Source: Eledone cirrhosa (lineage: Eukaryota). From it: 64,000 nucleotides of DNA. Where the stretch lies: assembly GCA_964016885.1 (NCBI GenBank), contig OZ024740.1, forward strand, positions 45,570,001 to 45,634,000, read 5' to 3'. Made by a program: the position numbers and the translations under genes. The notes beneath the pieces were generated by a model. That model saw nothing but the letters and a program-made list of their open reading frames with translations. It was not told the DNA's origin and did no database searches. Positions 38,290 to 52,553 of this stretch are shown here, piece by piece; the stretch's first letter is position 1; the number at the start of each line of letters is the position of its first letter.

Positions 38290-41200
38290 GGCTCCCTCGG
38301 TTGAGCACTCTACTGATTTATATTCATCATGCAGAAACAACATCTGAATATTTCTACAAAGAACATACCCGTACCAAGCAGGAAAACATACCTAAAACTC
38401 CTGATACAGAAAACAGACGCGTTCATTAAAAGGTTGCGTTGGCGGGGCTTTTACTTCGATAATCCGCGAAAAGCAGACAACAAACAGGATAAATTTGGAT
38501 TTAAAACCTATAATAACCCCCCGTGTAACCCAGCATTGCTACCCTTCGAAAATGATGTCTTGGAACTCATTCGGAGTATCAAATTTCGGAATAGGAGCAA
38601 TTCCTTCCAGCAAGACCTGAAGAATAGAATTCGTTCTATTAAGGATTCTAATGCCGTGCACGTCCATTCCGACAAAACTGGCAACCTATATCAAGTGGAG
38701 CGCAGTACTTACCATCAACTACTACATAATGCTGTAACTAAGGATTACCGTAAAACTAATCGGTGCGTCATCAATGAAATCAACGATGCTGGGTTTTAAA
38801 TCACATCTGATCTCAACATCCTGGACCGGACCGAACCTCTGGACCCTATTTCTCCCCACTTTACCCTGAAGGATCACAAATCCAACTTTCCGAACAACCC
38901 CTCTATTCGGCTTATTAACCCTACGAAGTCCGATTTAGGTAGACTTAGTAAGACGATTCTTGATAGAATTATACCTGAAATTAGAAGTTTGGCCCCTCTT
39001 GCACTGTGGAACAATTCCTTCGCGGTGATTGATTGGTTCAACGGCATATGTAACAATGAACATTGCCGTTTTATCCAATTCGACATCAACAATTACTACT
39101 CCACCATCACTTTACCACTTCTCCTTAGAGCTATCAATTTCGTTAAAACACTCACAGTGGTTAAGGATTTCGAAGTTGATGTCATCCTCAATGCTCGAAA
39201 GTCGGTGATTAATTTCGACGACTCTATTTGGATTAAAAAATCCAATAGCACCCCATTCGACGTGAGTATGGGCGCCAGTGATTCTGCGGAGGTTACTGAT
39301 CTTATCGGCCTTTTCCTTCTTTTCTCTATCAAGGACGAATTCCCCAACGCGGGCGGTGGTTTGTACCGTGACGATGGTCTTTTGACCATGACTAAGTGCG
39401 GCCCACGTGCTTGCGACAGGTTCAGAAAAGAACTCACAGCCTTCTTTAAAGGCTTCAACCTCTCTATACAGGTTGAGGCCAATCTCTCGGTCGTTAATTA
39501 CCTTGACGTTACCCTCAATTTATTGAATGGGTTGTATTACCCGTATAGAAAGCCGAATGATACGCTTAATTACATAAGTAAGCATTCCAACCATCCTGCC
39601 AGCATAACCAAGAACCTGGTAAGAAACGTTTCGTTGAGGCTTTCCCGTCTTTCCACTAACGAGCGTATTTTCAACGACCATTCCACGTATTACAATGAAG
39701 CCCTTGCTCGAAGTGGATTTGTCGATAAGGTAGCATATACAGAGTACGAAAATAGACCTAGAAGAAATAGACCCCGTCGCATTTGTTGGTATAACCCACC
39801 ATATAATAGGAGGTGGCCACACCATTAGCTAAGATCTTTCTTTCCCTTATTACGAAACATTTTCCCCCTACACATAAATATAGTTAAATTTTTAATAGAA
39901 ATACTATTATAATTTCTTACTCTACGACTCCTAACCTTGCACACAACATCACAGCTTCAAATTTAGCTAAACTACCTAGCCGTAGGAACACGTGCAACCC
40001 TGTAGTTAGTACTAACTGTAATTGTAGGAATCGGGTTGATTGCCCCCTCTCTAGTAACATTGTCTACAAATGTAAGGTTGTAACACCCACGTCCCGTAGG
40101 GCCTACATAGGGTTAACTGCCAATAGATTCAAGCAGCGTCTTTACATGCATACCCATTCTTTTCGTTACCCTCTAAGAAGGAATATGACGTCACTTTCAG
40201 CTTATATCTGGAGTCTAAAAGACAACCACACCCAATTTAAGTTACACTGGGAGATCCTAGCTAGGGCTAGATCGTATAACGGAAATAAAAGACCTTGTGA
40301 CCTCTGCGCCGCTGAGGCCCTGGAAATACTCTACGTCACAGACCACATCTTAAACAAAAAATCTGAGGCAATTTCGGCTTGTAAACATAAATTGCACAAA
40401 ACTTTCCTGTATTACAACTCCACGTTATACCCTAACGGATAGTACGATCTATACGTGGATATTTTACGTCTCGATGTGGGAGCTAAGTATATTTTTTGTT
40501 TATACCTTTACTTATTTGCATAGGTAAGTATATATTACTTGTATGTTTTGTGAAGGTACGTATACCTTCTCGTACGTATATTTGATTGTTATGGCGTATA
40601 ATTTTTTTATATATTCTGGTACATATGGTTCGGCTATGTGTATACGGGAGTTTTGCGTCTGTGTGAGTATGTAGGTTCGTACGTATGTAGGGCGTGTGTA
40701 TATGTGTACTTCATGTTTTGGTTGACTTACGTCTCCGAACATTCGTGTATTTACATGTAGGTATGTGTGTGCGCTTGTTATATACGTATTTATTTATTTA
40801 TATACGTTTATATAATTATTTATTTATTTGTATACACACTTACACACACACACATATTATATGTGCGTGGTTTTGTTTACCTATGGTAAGTTTTTGCGTA
40901 TGCTTGTGTATGTACGTTTTTGTTTGCGTGCATGTATTTATTTATTTCTATTACTTCTGTATTGTATTTATTTACTTTGTTCTTAACTCTGTAGCGGAGA
41001 TTCATTCGGTCTCCTAGTTAGAATTTAGTCTACGACTTCTGCTATACCATTTACGTGGTTTTGTATTTGCGTGCTATTGTTCTCCACGCTCCACATATGA
41101 CGTATTATCTTCGTTTTTTTCGTTCATTGCCAGAGAACGTCTCTATGCACCACCTAAGAGAACATTAGTCTACGACCTCTTTTATACCATAAACGTGGTT

Positions 41201-41435
41201 CTGTCTTTGCGCGTAATTGTTTTTCACCGCTCCTATTAATGACGTATTATATTCGTTTTTTCCCGTTCTTAGCCAGCGAACGTTTCCACGAACCAAAGTA
41301 TCATCTTCCTATCTTCCTCCAGTTGCAACGTTTTTTGAAATATCCAGTTCTGCGTTTACAGATTGACTTTGTTAGTTTCAGAAGATCCCGTTAAGGGTGA
41401 AAGCAGTGATTCTTTGCTTAAACTTTAATCTGTTA

Positions 41436-41440
<5 letters not shown>
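38290..41440 (+). mobile_element. Penelope-like element (Naiad-like), degenerate, with RT, GIY-YIG and terminal hammerhead motif
   Basis: N-terminal STKNIPVPS; FTLKDHK..RLINPTKS; RT FDI, MGA, YRDDG; CNCR..CPL, IVY..YIG, CDLC. Stop at 38797-38799, frameshift near 39810 and a further stop near 39883. Flanked by (CT)n and (TA)n. Confidence 0.9.
41374..41424 (+). ncRNA. Type I hammerhead-ribozyme-like motif with variant core
   Basis: AGTTT-CAGAAGA-tCCCgttaaGGGt-GAAA-GCAG..TTGC-TT-AAACT. All three stems pair, with U4>A in the core. Confidence 0.6.
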
Positions 41441-41486
<46 letters not shown>

Positions 41487-41899
41487 TATATATTATATAT
41501 ATATATATATTATATATATATATATATTATATATATTATATATATATATATATTATATATATATATATATATTATATATATATATATATTATATATATAT
41601 ATATATATTATATATATATATATATATATAGGTAAACAGAAATAACAACATAATCGGTACAGTATATGGAAGGGATATATTAGGTTAACGCTTAATATAG
41701 CAAGAAGAGGGTCTTAATGTTTCGGACGCTAGTCTTTCATCAGAAGAAAGAATGAGAAATAAGATAGATTGAGGGTACGGGCGGGTTGGAATTGGAAAAA
41801 ATGTCTTTAGATAAAAATAACAGGTCCATTCATGTTGACATCTCCTGCAAAACAGTTGGTGCTGGCGTTTTGTGTATGATTTATTTTTTAGAAAAGTGG

Positions 41900-42840
41900 A
41901 TGATGGCGCGCGTAGAGGATTAATCCATCGGGGCGCTTGCTATTTCCACGATCGAAACCAGCCGGCTCCAATTGCGTCGAGACTCTTTCTAATGTCGTTC
42001 AAAGCAGCGTGTTGGGGTGGCCTGCACTAAGGCGGCAAGATAACGGGTGCTAACAGAACTCGTCGACACAACGGCATCTGTGTCGCTCGCATACACAGAG
42101 GCCGAGGCGCTGTGTCACTCCAATGCCGATGGAAGTTTGGTTGTGAGGCGGAGCATATACAGGCGAGACGATTGGTCTGAGGAAGACTTGATTCGCCTGA
42201 AGGCGGACTTGCATTTGACGTCATCCTAGTTACGTTGGGCATCGATACACTGGGGGACTGCTAGGCCTTCGTTGGTCCCGCCTAACGTTGTTGATGGCGT
42301 TATGCATGTCCAGTTTCACTAGGAAGTGAGGTGACGAAGGAGGCATGTGCTCTATGAATCGCCTGGTTGCATGAACTGCCACCTCACATCCACACTTAAC
42401 TCCTACTCTGAGCTGGACAGTCAACGACTGACCTGCAAGCTACTTCGGCCACAAGTCACCGAACGGTCACGGGCATGGCGTGGCAGGCTGGCACGAAGAA
42501 GCCTGTTGGTAAGCGCGGTAATCAATCGGAGGAGCCGCCCTCTCCCCGCCACGGAGTGTGGGGAGATTAGGTCTCTGAGGTGGCCACTCCACCGCTGCTG
42601 CTCCCTTAGAAGAATCCCATGGCTGCTGTCACATCCCCGTCGGGCGCGAACAAGGCAGCAACACTGTCAGGGATCTGGCAGTCCCTGATGTCGGTCGATG
42701 GGTTTGGGTGTTTGAGACGGAGAGCGCCCAGAACCTCCAGTGTGAGCTTGAGTACCGATTCACTCGAGGCCAGCATACGCACCGCAGCTGAAACGTCACT
42801 CTCGATTAATTTTCGACTGACTCTTCCGAGGTCAATATAA
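41900..42840 (-). pseudogene. Fragment of a CRE-like non-LTR retrotransposon RT ORF
   Basis: QLRVGVKCGCEVAVHATRRF...LVKLDMHNAINNVRRD resembles the CRE-clade motif QLGVG..GG.EAAVH...KLDF.NAFN. GC-rich island with several frameshifts. Confidence 0.72.
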
Positions 42841-43714
42841 ACTTTGTGAGTGGAAATAGCTAAATAGAAACAATTTGGAGTCCGTCAGATGAATTGTATC
42901 TGTAATTCAAAGGTCCAACCTTGTTACACAGTGTGCCACGCTCTTTCTATCAGAAAATTACGTCAAGGGTGCACGTGTCTGTGGAATACTCTGTTGGGTG
43001 TTCAGGAGATCAAACGACTGAATACCCATCGTCGAAACTGACGGAAGATCCATCATGTATTACAACAATGTGTGTTAACAATTATCTCTACAGGAAATAA
43101 TGAATTTGTAGAAATTTCCTTTCCTTTATCAGCTTTAAGCACTTACCTTGATTTTCTTGAGCATATTTTCTGAAGTGACTGAGAAGTCAATAATCTATGA
43201 ATATTTTCAGATCAATATTAATTTCTAATTTAGGCACAAGGCTAGCAAATTTGGTGGAATGGGTAAGTTGATTCAATCAACCCCATGATTTGATTTTATC
43301 CACTCCGGAAGGAGAAAGGCATTGTTGACTTCTGAGTTGAATTCAGAATGTAAAGAACCAGAATAAATACCGCAATGACATTTTACTTGAAGTTCTACCA
43401 ATTCTGCCAATACCACACCCTCAGGTTTCAGATTATTCTTCAAAATTGTTCACGAGAATGTATTGCTGATTTATAATTCGTCTAAGTGTGAATCGGGTAA
43501 TATTCAACAGAAAATCTTGTTGGTGAACTGAGAGATGAGGGAGAGACTACCGTTGAGCTCTTTGTTCAAGTAGAGAATTAGACAAAATAATTTTTGGACT
43601 CTCCAAATTTAGTAATTGCTATACATGAGAATATGTTTGTTGCTGACTTATCATTATTTTGTGAAATATGAAATATTATAGGCTATATATTGATGCTGAG
43701 ACAGACTGGGTCTT

Positions 43715-44265
43715 AAAACCAAGCCAGGTGACACTGATAAACAGACTGATGAGGGCCAGAGGTGGTGTTTTTACTGCCCAGTTAAGGTAACACTAACAAA
43801 TTGCTGAGGGTCAGAGGTGTGTTTTTACTTTTCAGCTAAGGTGGTAATGATTGATAAATAGACATCTGACTACTGAAGACCCAAGGTGTTTTTTCACAGC
43901 TCAGCTAAGGTGACACTGACTAACAGACAACTGAGAGACAAATGATACGTTTTCACAGCGTAGCTAAGGTGGCATTGACTATCAAACTAACAACTATCGA
44001 GGGCCAAAGGTGTGTGTTTTTAATGCTCAGTTAAGGTGACACTAACAGATTACTGAGGGCCGGAGGAGTGTTTTTACTGTTCAGTAAAGGTGGCATAGAC
44101 TAACAGACACACAAGGGACAGATGTGTGTTTTCACTACCCAATTAAGGTGACACTAAGAGACTGGTGAGGGCACGAAGTGTGTTTCACTGCTCAGCTAAG
44201 GTGACGTTGACTATTAGATTATTGAGGGCTATGGACGTGTTTTCACTGCTCAACTAAGGGACATT
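43715..44265. repeat. Degenerate ~55-60-bp tandem array
   Basis: Recurring actgagggccagaggtgtgtttttactgctcagctaaggtgacactaac. Confidence 0.8.
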
Positions 44266-44404
44266 CCATTTTCGTTTCAATGCTTGTGCAACGGCCGTGA
44301 CTTAGTTATTCGTGACATTTTAAAACCCAGCCTATATGGGCCGCCCGCTTCTGTTTTGAGATACTGTATAGAGGGAAAACAAATATTCTGGCCATTAAAC
44401 GTCA

Positions 44405-44881
44405 CTAGCAGAAAAACCACCCTTCGGGTGGTTTTCTACTAGCATGTGTAGTGTGCATATTGATATTATACGCAAGTATATATGCATGTAGATATGATAC
44501 ATCAAATAAAATCGTAATTGACAATATACACAGGAATTGAACGAAGACTGCGTTACACTGTCTTATGTAATCAGTAACGTAATCCATGATACATTAAAAA
44601 AAGACGATATTATATGCATTAGGAGAAAATTAATGACGGAAATATATGTTTATTTAAGCGATCGCTAACCGGAAGTGTTGACATTTGAAAATTTTAAAGT
44701 GAATCTTAAAATAAGCAACAAAATTATTTATATTTAATAAAAAAAATAACGAAATTTAGTAGATAAATTATGTAATATTTATTCATTATTTATTCAAAGT
44801 AATCCAACTTATTTTATAAACGGGAAAAAAAAAAAATATTCTGGACGCAGTCCCGCACTCCTTACTTTATTATAGTTTAGA
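44405..44881 (-). mobile_element. Non-autonomous Helitron-like element
   Basis: On the minus strand it begins A|TCTAAACTATAATAAAG and ends with hairpin AAAACCACC-CGAAG-GGTGGTTTT followed by CTAG|T. Confidence 0.6.
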
Positions 44882-45369
44882 TTAGAAAAAATACACTACA
44901 TCTTATAATATAGTGGGTTGTCTATCAGATAATTACCTCAGACTCAAGAGAGAAGACAAATGGTGCTTATAATACAGTGAGTGGTTCCCATCAGATGAGA
45001 TCAAACGTTGAAGTTGACGAAGATATTTGGCATAGAGTCACACTAGCCGACTTGTTTAATTTCGCGCTGATTTTGCAGGATTTTCGTCGTTTACATCAGT
45101 GAGTGGCCTTGGGCACCTCTAGTGTCGAGGTGAAAGGGATTAAATCATTTACAGAATTGCTTCACAGCCAGATGAGACATCATTTCCTACATTCGAGACA
45201 GAGTAAAGCAGTATCTTTAATACAAACTGTTTACTCCGAATATGAGTTACTGTTCCATTTGAATAAATAAAATAAAAAAGCCATCGATGTTTGTTAAATT
45301 CCTTCTTTTTTTTTCTTCATTTTTGCACATATTACCTGCGTTATTTCTTACTGATATCACCTTCAACCC

Positions 45370-45610
45370 AGTCTCAGAAACTATCAAACTTGCTCTATAT
45401 ATAAGAAAATATCACCTCTGCCCTTAATATCAGAAACTGCCACCACTGCCCTCAATATCAGAATCTATAACTACAGCCCCCAATATCAGAACCTATAACT
45501 ACTGGCCTCAGTATCAGAAAATATCCCCTCTATCCTCAATGTCAGAAACTCTCACCACTGCCCTCAATAGCAGAAACTATACCCACTGCCCTCAATATCA
45601 GAAATTATCC
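45370..45610. repeat. ~28-bp degenerate tandem array (atcagaaactatcaccactgccctcaat)
   Basis: Seen directly. Confidence 0.8.
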
Positions 45611-46962
45611 CTATATTTTAAGGAACAATAGTTATATGTCTCCAATATTAGGACTCGCATATAGAAGGAAAGGTATAAGGCTCCGAATTGGCAGAGTTGT
45701 TAGAACGTCGGGTAGAATGCTCCACGGAGTTTGTTCTGCCTCTCAGAGCTCTGAGTTCAAATTCCACTAGAGTCAAATTTGCTTTTCATCTTTTCAAGGT
45801 CGATAAATTGTAACATTCCAGTGCCAGGATCGATTCTCCCTCTGTCTCACTTTCTCTCTCTCTCTTTTTTTCTAGAAAAAAAATCGGCTGTGCTCTGACC
45901 TGGCGAAGGGATGTTCTCCGCCAGGTTTAAATGTCCAAGACCCACCGTGTGTCGTGGCGGTGTCTCCAATGTTCCCTCAGGAGTTTATAGCCAACGGAGG
46001 GATGGATACTGATATATGGAGTAATTTTTCCATTCTAAACTTTCTGAGTTGAAATTGAAAATAGATTAACTATGTAGCGGTGTTACTGTCTGGAGATTAT
46101 CATGAACATTCTATTCACTTAATGAGTTAAAAGATATAGATAATTTGGTTGTGGTTTAGTTCCAGTTCAGTCTAGATATATATTCAAAGGCGTTCCTTCA
46201 TAACCATCCATCATTTTATTTTTAAATAAAGAGTAAATTATTCAACGTACCTCCTTTTTTTTTTTCAAACGATAGGAAATTTGTTATTTATAGCGAGCCG
46301 GGAGACTATGTAATTTATTTTATCGAAACCTGTTGTTTGAATGAAATTGAAGCTAATACCAAATCTATAATCTAAGAATAGTGTTTAAGATGTGGAATGG
46401 TTTGGACGATAAGTGTTCCAGTTATTCGACCAACAGAACAACCTGCTCGTGAAATTAATGTGTGAAGCGAACTTTTTAACCATCCAACTGTGTTGCGTTC
46501 ACGTTTAATACGTAACGTAAATCACGAAATAAATGCGATTGATTTGTATATTTATACAATATAATTTGTATAATAAACATACATAAGTTCCGCTGTGAGT
46601 ATCTTAAGCTGTGATAATGTCAAGCTGCCCCAGTAACCGTGTGTGAATGCCAAAGGCTATAATATTTCAGTATCATTAATCCATCATCAGTGACGTTAAT
46701 TCACACGGTACTGAGGTTAGAAAGGTGAAGCTTCTTATATACTGTATATATTAACGTAATATATATTATTATATTATATATATATTAAGGGATTATAAAT
46801 ATATTGTATATATATTAATGTATTGTATGCATGTATGTATGAACCCACACCTCTTCGTGGAGTCGTAAGGGTGCCGTAGTATCATACAGCGTTTCTTGGG
46901 CATTTAAAAAAACCTTGTAGCGTCCATCTCTCTCCAGATTTGAATACAGCTTATTTCCTCCA

Positions 46963-47064
<102 letters not shown>

Positions 47065-47814
47065 AATGACCCCAGTACTTGGACTGGTATTTTTTTATCC
47101 ACTTCAAAAGGAGGAAAGCAAGAGAGCCGGAACGAATACCGCAAACCATTCTATCCAACATTCTAACGACTCGGCCAATTATATTATATACTAGTCGAAT
47201 TACCCGCGCCTTGCTGCGTTTCATACATTTTGTTTGTAAGAAAATGATGATTGATTTTAAATCAGTGATATAATTTATGAAGAAAAACTCTGCATTTCAA
47301 TATTACTCAATGTAAAATGTAATGCATGAAAAATTGGAAAACATTATTTTTTGTAATATATCAAATCAAAATTACATTATTAAATCTTATTTTTATTTTG
47401 TTTCTTGTAAATAATTTGTTTCAAAATATCAATTCAAAACTTTTATGAATAGGCATCATATCTTGTCATTTACCTATGGTTTAAATTTTATATAAATCGA
47501 AGGGAAAACATTTTCAGCGGGGGTTTGAGACCCCGGGGAACCCTTTGATTAAAATGAAATATACTTATCCAAGTACCCTGGGAAATGTAGTTTCAGAATA
47601 TATATGGTTATGGGGGATCTTTCTCCAAAACCATAGGAGGAGTTCGTGAAATCTTGTTCCATTTATTGGCCAAAATTTTCACTATAGAGGTTTAACCCCC
47701 ATTAGGGTGTCTTAATATTGAAATTTGCTGAAATTTTGTGAATAGGTATCATATCTTGTCATTTACCTATGGTTTAAATTTCATATAAATCGAAGGGAAA
47801 ACATTTTCAGCGGG

Positions 47815-48830
47815 AATAAGGTTAATAGAATAAACTCATGGTATGATAGCAATAAATACCAGAGTGTAATGTTCATCGATACAACCCCTAGAGGTGAATT
47901 ACCTTACAAATTTAGAAGGGCCCTAGATAAACATAAACTCAATATTAAGATAGTAGAAAGACCAGGTACCTCCATAAAAACACTTATTAGCAATACATAC
48001 CCTTTTCAAAGACCTCCCTGTATAGATAAGAAATGTATAATCTGTAAATTAAGCCCCCATATTAACTGTAAAACTAGAAATGTAGTATATAGCATAAGGT
48101 GTACTGAAGGACAATGTAGAAATAAGAATATAGTGTACATAGGTGAGACAGCTCGTAGTATAGGGGAACGGATAAATGAACACTGGCGAGAGCTTCAAGA
48201 TAGTAAAGAATCATCTGTACTCTACCAATATGCTAAAATAGAACATAAGGGTAAATTAGAGAACATAGAAATAAAAATAGAATCTACACACAGAAAAGAC
48301 GCAATGTTTAGACAAATCACGGAGACAATAACCAAAATTAAATAGAAAACATGAATGGAACAGCAACATCACAACTTACAATTAAGGCAAAATGAAAACA
48401 CACACACACATAGAACAAACAACCAACTAGTAACATGTAAATAAACAAATAAATAAACAAATATAAACACACACAGACACCCAGATGTAACATGCGCAAA
48501 CTAAGCACACAACACACACAAAAACAAGATGGCGTAGGACAGAACAAAGGAGAAGCACAAAAACAAAGAAAAGAATCTCCAGTCACTGAAGAGGTCACAG
48601 AATGTGTGACGAAAGAACTTTGACAATATATGAACAACCGTCTAGTTGTGGAACCAACCAACCGGAAATTTATAAATTCCTAAATTTATAAATTTAATTT
48701 ATAATAAATTGAAGTGAAAGCAACTGGTGCGTGTGTTTCTTATTGGCAACATGACCCTCCCAAAGTATAACAATATCGGTTTCAACACACGTTTTCAGAT
48801 AAAGAATCTTGCTAAACAAATTCAGAAACG

Positions 48831-48835
<5 letters not shown>
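47815..48835 (+). mobile_element. Penelope-like element 3' fragment (GIY-YIG domain, hammerhead, (TA)n end)
   Basis: ORF 47869-48345 reads CKTRNVVYSIRC...VYIGETARSIGERINEH. Confidence 0.82.
48582..48624 (+). ncRNA. Minimal type I hammerhead ribozyme motif
   Basis: GTCA-CTGAAGA-g-GTCACAgaatgTGTGAC-GAAA-GaaC-TT-TGAC: canonical core, 6-bp stem II, very short stem III. Confidence 0.7.
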
Positions 48836-48906
<71 letters not shown>

Positions 48907-51019
48907 ATGTGTGTACGTGCACACACATACACACACACACATATATACATATTTTTAAGACAAAAACCTATTTTCGTCAGGAATTATGGTAGGATATGGA
49001 ATGAACTTCCGTCGGTTTCAACGATGAATGTTCCAGCTGTTCGATCAACAGAACAGCCTGCTCGTGAAATCAACGTGAAAGTGCCTGAACATTCCATAAT
49101 CATGAGTACCCTTACGTAGTTCTCAAAGGGATTCAGCGTGACACAAGGCTAGCACGTTGAGTGACTGGTAATCTCATTATTGTCAGCTGAATGGCTGAGC
49201 ATTCCACAGGCACGCGATTTAGTGTGACACAATAATGTAAAAAGGCAAGTTCCTACACTGGTTTCGTCTACTCAATTTCACTCACAAGTAAGTGTCGTCC
49301 TGAAGTTGCTGTAAATGAAGTTTGGTCAACATGCTACACAATGGGACCTTATAATTCAAACCAAACGTAAACGTTGCTGGATAATTAATGAAACACGTTA
49401 TGTTAGTATTATCGCTGATAACGTGATAGATCTACAATGCTCAAATGAAAGACAAATGATGACTTTGATCATAGAGCAGCTCAGTAGTGGCTGACTTCAA
49501 GCTAAACAACAGCAATTACCATGAAAGGATAACTAGTAAGGTTAACGGCGCTGGAATCAGGCCGTGAAGTAACGTACCTAACTATTTTAGTATTGTAGTT
49601 TTTATGGAGCATTATGAAGTATGAGGTTAAGATTGTTTGTGGAAAGCCAGTGCAATGCACGTTAAATATACAGGAGTGAAAACTAGAGTAAAGTATGACA
49701 ATAGAACAAGAGTTTACACTTCTACTTTAGATTTCATGATATTTCGGGGTTAAGACGCCTTTTACAAAATAAAAAATGGAGACTGATAGTTATTACACTG
49801 AACTGGCTTTCCCAAAAGAATCCTAACAACATATTTTGGTATTAACACATATTAACGTATTTCTAACATATATTAACATATTTCTGACGTTAGCACAAGA
49901 GAACACATTCTGTAGTCGATGAAATCTGTTGTAATGTTTGACTGGTACATTATTTTATCTATCCTCGAAGGATGATAGGTATAGTTGACCTCACTAGCAG
50001 TATTTTAACTCAGAACATAAAGGGTCATAACACAATGCCAGCAATTTTGAGGAGGGGGCAGTCAGTTGTAAAGATCTCAGTATTTTACTGGTACTTTATT
50101 TTATCGACCTCAAAAGAATGAAAGGCAAAGTTGACCGTGGCGGAATTTGAATTCAGAACACAAAGGATCGTAACTCAATGCTGCAAAGCATTTTTATCCG
50201 ACTTTCTAATGATTCTGCCGATCCATCACCATAGAGAAGTTAGGAAATAATTGTTTCTACTTTTGGAACAAGGCCAGCAATTATCCCAGTGCATTACTGG
50301 TACTTTATTTTATCGATCCCGTAAGGATGAAATGCAAAGTTAACCTCGGCGGAATTTGAACTCAGAATGGCAAGGGCCGTAACTTTGTGCGTCAAAGCAT
50401 AGTGTCCGACCCTCTACCGATACTGCCAATCCACCGCATTAGTTAGGAAATAATAAAGAAACAAAAGGTAACGAAAATGGTTGAGTCAATGGAACGCTGT
50501 AGTGTATTGCTGTTGTTATATCACAATCATGAGTTCGAAACCATGCAGAGGTAGGTCATTTATTTCTTCATCCAGAAATCGCTGTTAGTTATACACTGGA
50601 GGTGTTTCAGTGATCTACACACCTCTGTCAGAAATGTTTCTTATTAGGTGGAAGGGTGGAGTGTCTAATCAAATGAAATTTAACGTTTGTACAGATTTGA
50701 TGTACAGTATTGTGTGTTTAATTTTTTCTATCATAGTAAGATAAAGAATAAGGTCGACCTCTGCAGGATTTCAACTGAGAACCGAAGAAGACATGACTAC
50801 AACAACAACACTGCATCGTATTTAGTTTGGCATTTTTTTAAAAACAGTTTCTGCTATTTTAACTGGTATAAAATGAAATGAATAATAAAGAGAGACTTAA
50901 AAAATATAAGAACATTTATTAATTTCTTTATTGATTTATTAATTTATTAATCTGTGTTTTTTTATTGTTACAATAAAAGAAGTTTGTGATAAATCATATT
51001 ACTACATATATGCTCAACA

Positions 51020-51290
51020 TCGATGGCTGCATTCATGGCTAACGTAGGTGAACACATATATGCTCAACTTAGGTGACCACATATATGGTCAATTTAGGTG
51101 AACACACATGGTCAATATAGTTGACCACATATATGGCTAACGTATGTGACCAAATATATAGTCAACACAGGTGACCATGTATAAGGTCAATATCGATGAC
51201 CATATACATGACTAACATAGATGACCACATATATGGTCAAGATCGATGACTACATACATGGTCAGCTTAGATGACCACATATAGGACTAC
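51020..51290. repeat. ~25-bp degenerate tandem array (gaccacatatatggtcaacataggt)
   Basis: Seen directly; units are partly self-complementary (gacca..tggtc). Confidence 0.8.
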
Positions 51291-51364
51291 CATAAGTAAC
51301 TTATGAAAAAAATCTTTGGGTTATTAAAAATATTTGATTTATTTTGTTAATAGGAACAAAAACT

Positions 51365-51605
51365 TTTTAAAATATTTATTGATTTCTATAATATGCACAA
51401 GGCCTTAAAAATATTTATTGATTTGTATAATAGGCGCAAGGTCACCTGAAAATATTGATTAATTCCTATAATAGGCGCAAGGTCACCCGAAAATATTAAT
51501 TAAATCCTATAATAGGCACAAGGTCACCTGAAAATATTTATTAATTCCTAAAACAGGCGCAAGATCATCTGAAAATATTTGATAGATTTCTATAACAAGC
51601 GCAAG
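51365..51605. repeat. ~41-bp tandem array derived from the tail of a family B SINE
   Basis: aaatatttattgatttctataataggcgcaaggtcacctga, repeated and running into the SINE body at 51640-51710. Confidence 0.7.
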
Positions 51606-52553
51606 AGAGTAGAGTCAAAGTTGATTAGATATCAACTCATTGCTCAATTGGTACTTTATTTTATCGATCCCGGGGTGCGGGGATGAAAGGCAAAGTGGAC
51701 CTGAGTGGGATTGGAGGTAATTTAAAAATAATAAAATGGATTTAATGTAATTTGAAGATTCATAAAATTGAAAACAATCAAAAATAAATAAAAAGATAAA
51801 ATTTCTCGATATTAAGCGATCTTTTCTAATTCCTTTATTGTCAAAAAGGAATTAAAATTTTTTTTATTGTGCTTCTGATAGAAGCTAATATTCTGGTGTA
51901 TAATAAGGGCATGGGTTGATAGGATACGTAGAAGCCTTGCTGTAATTAGTTACATCTTTTTACGTTCTGAGTTTAAATCCTACCGAGATTGACTCTGCTT
52001 TTCATATTGTAAGATGTAATACACTTCTGTGAATGTAGTTAAGTTCTTTATCTCCAAAGTCCAAATGTTGCCCTTCTTTTGTGTCTATCTAAGGTTGATT
52101 AAAATATTAAGGGAGTGTAAAATCAATGGAGGATGAAAAGCAAAGTTGACCTTCGTGGAATTTGATTTCAGAACGTAAAGGGACGGAACTAGATACCACA
52201 AGGTATTTTGTTAATCTCTTTATATATTCTACCAATTCGTTATATATATATATATAAATTTATATATATATGTTCTTTAAAATAGTATAATTATTGCATC
52301 TAATTTGGTTGATGTTTCGATAAGATTTATTAATTTTAAAAAGAATTTAGTAAAAATTAGGCTAAAGTTGTTTTTTAGAATAGTCATAAGATCACAACAT
52401 TTAGGGGAGGGTATAGTCGATCATATTGATACCAATACTTGACTGCTACTTTATAATATCGATTCCAGAAAGATGAAAGGTAAGATTGACTTCGGCGAGA
52501 TTTTAATTCAGAACTTAAAGTGCTATATCCAAATACCAGCAAGTATTTTATCC

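Noticed and set aside
38329-41290. Selenocysteine-encoding Naiad element with SECIS
   Set aside because: The conserved Cys positions that I read use TGT/TGC, and the interruptions are TAA/TAG or frameshifts. The ~140-bp direct repeat at 41025-41290 did not show a convincing SECIS fold.
43140-43180. Possible minus-strand micro-exon (cag|AAAATATGCTCAAGAAAATCAAG|gtaagt)
   Set aside because: Good splice signals, but no partner exon or homology; it cannot be supported without transcript data.
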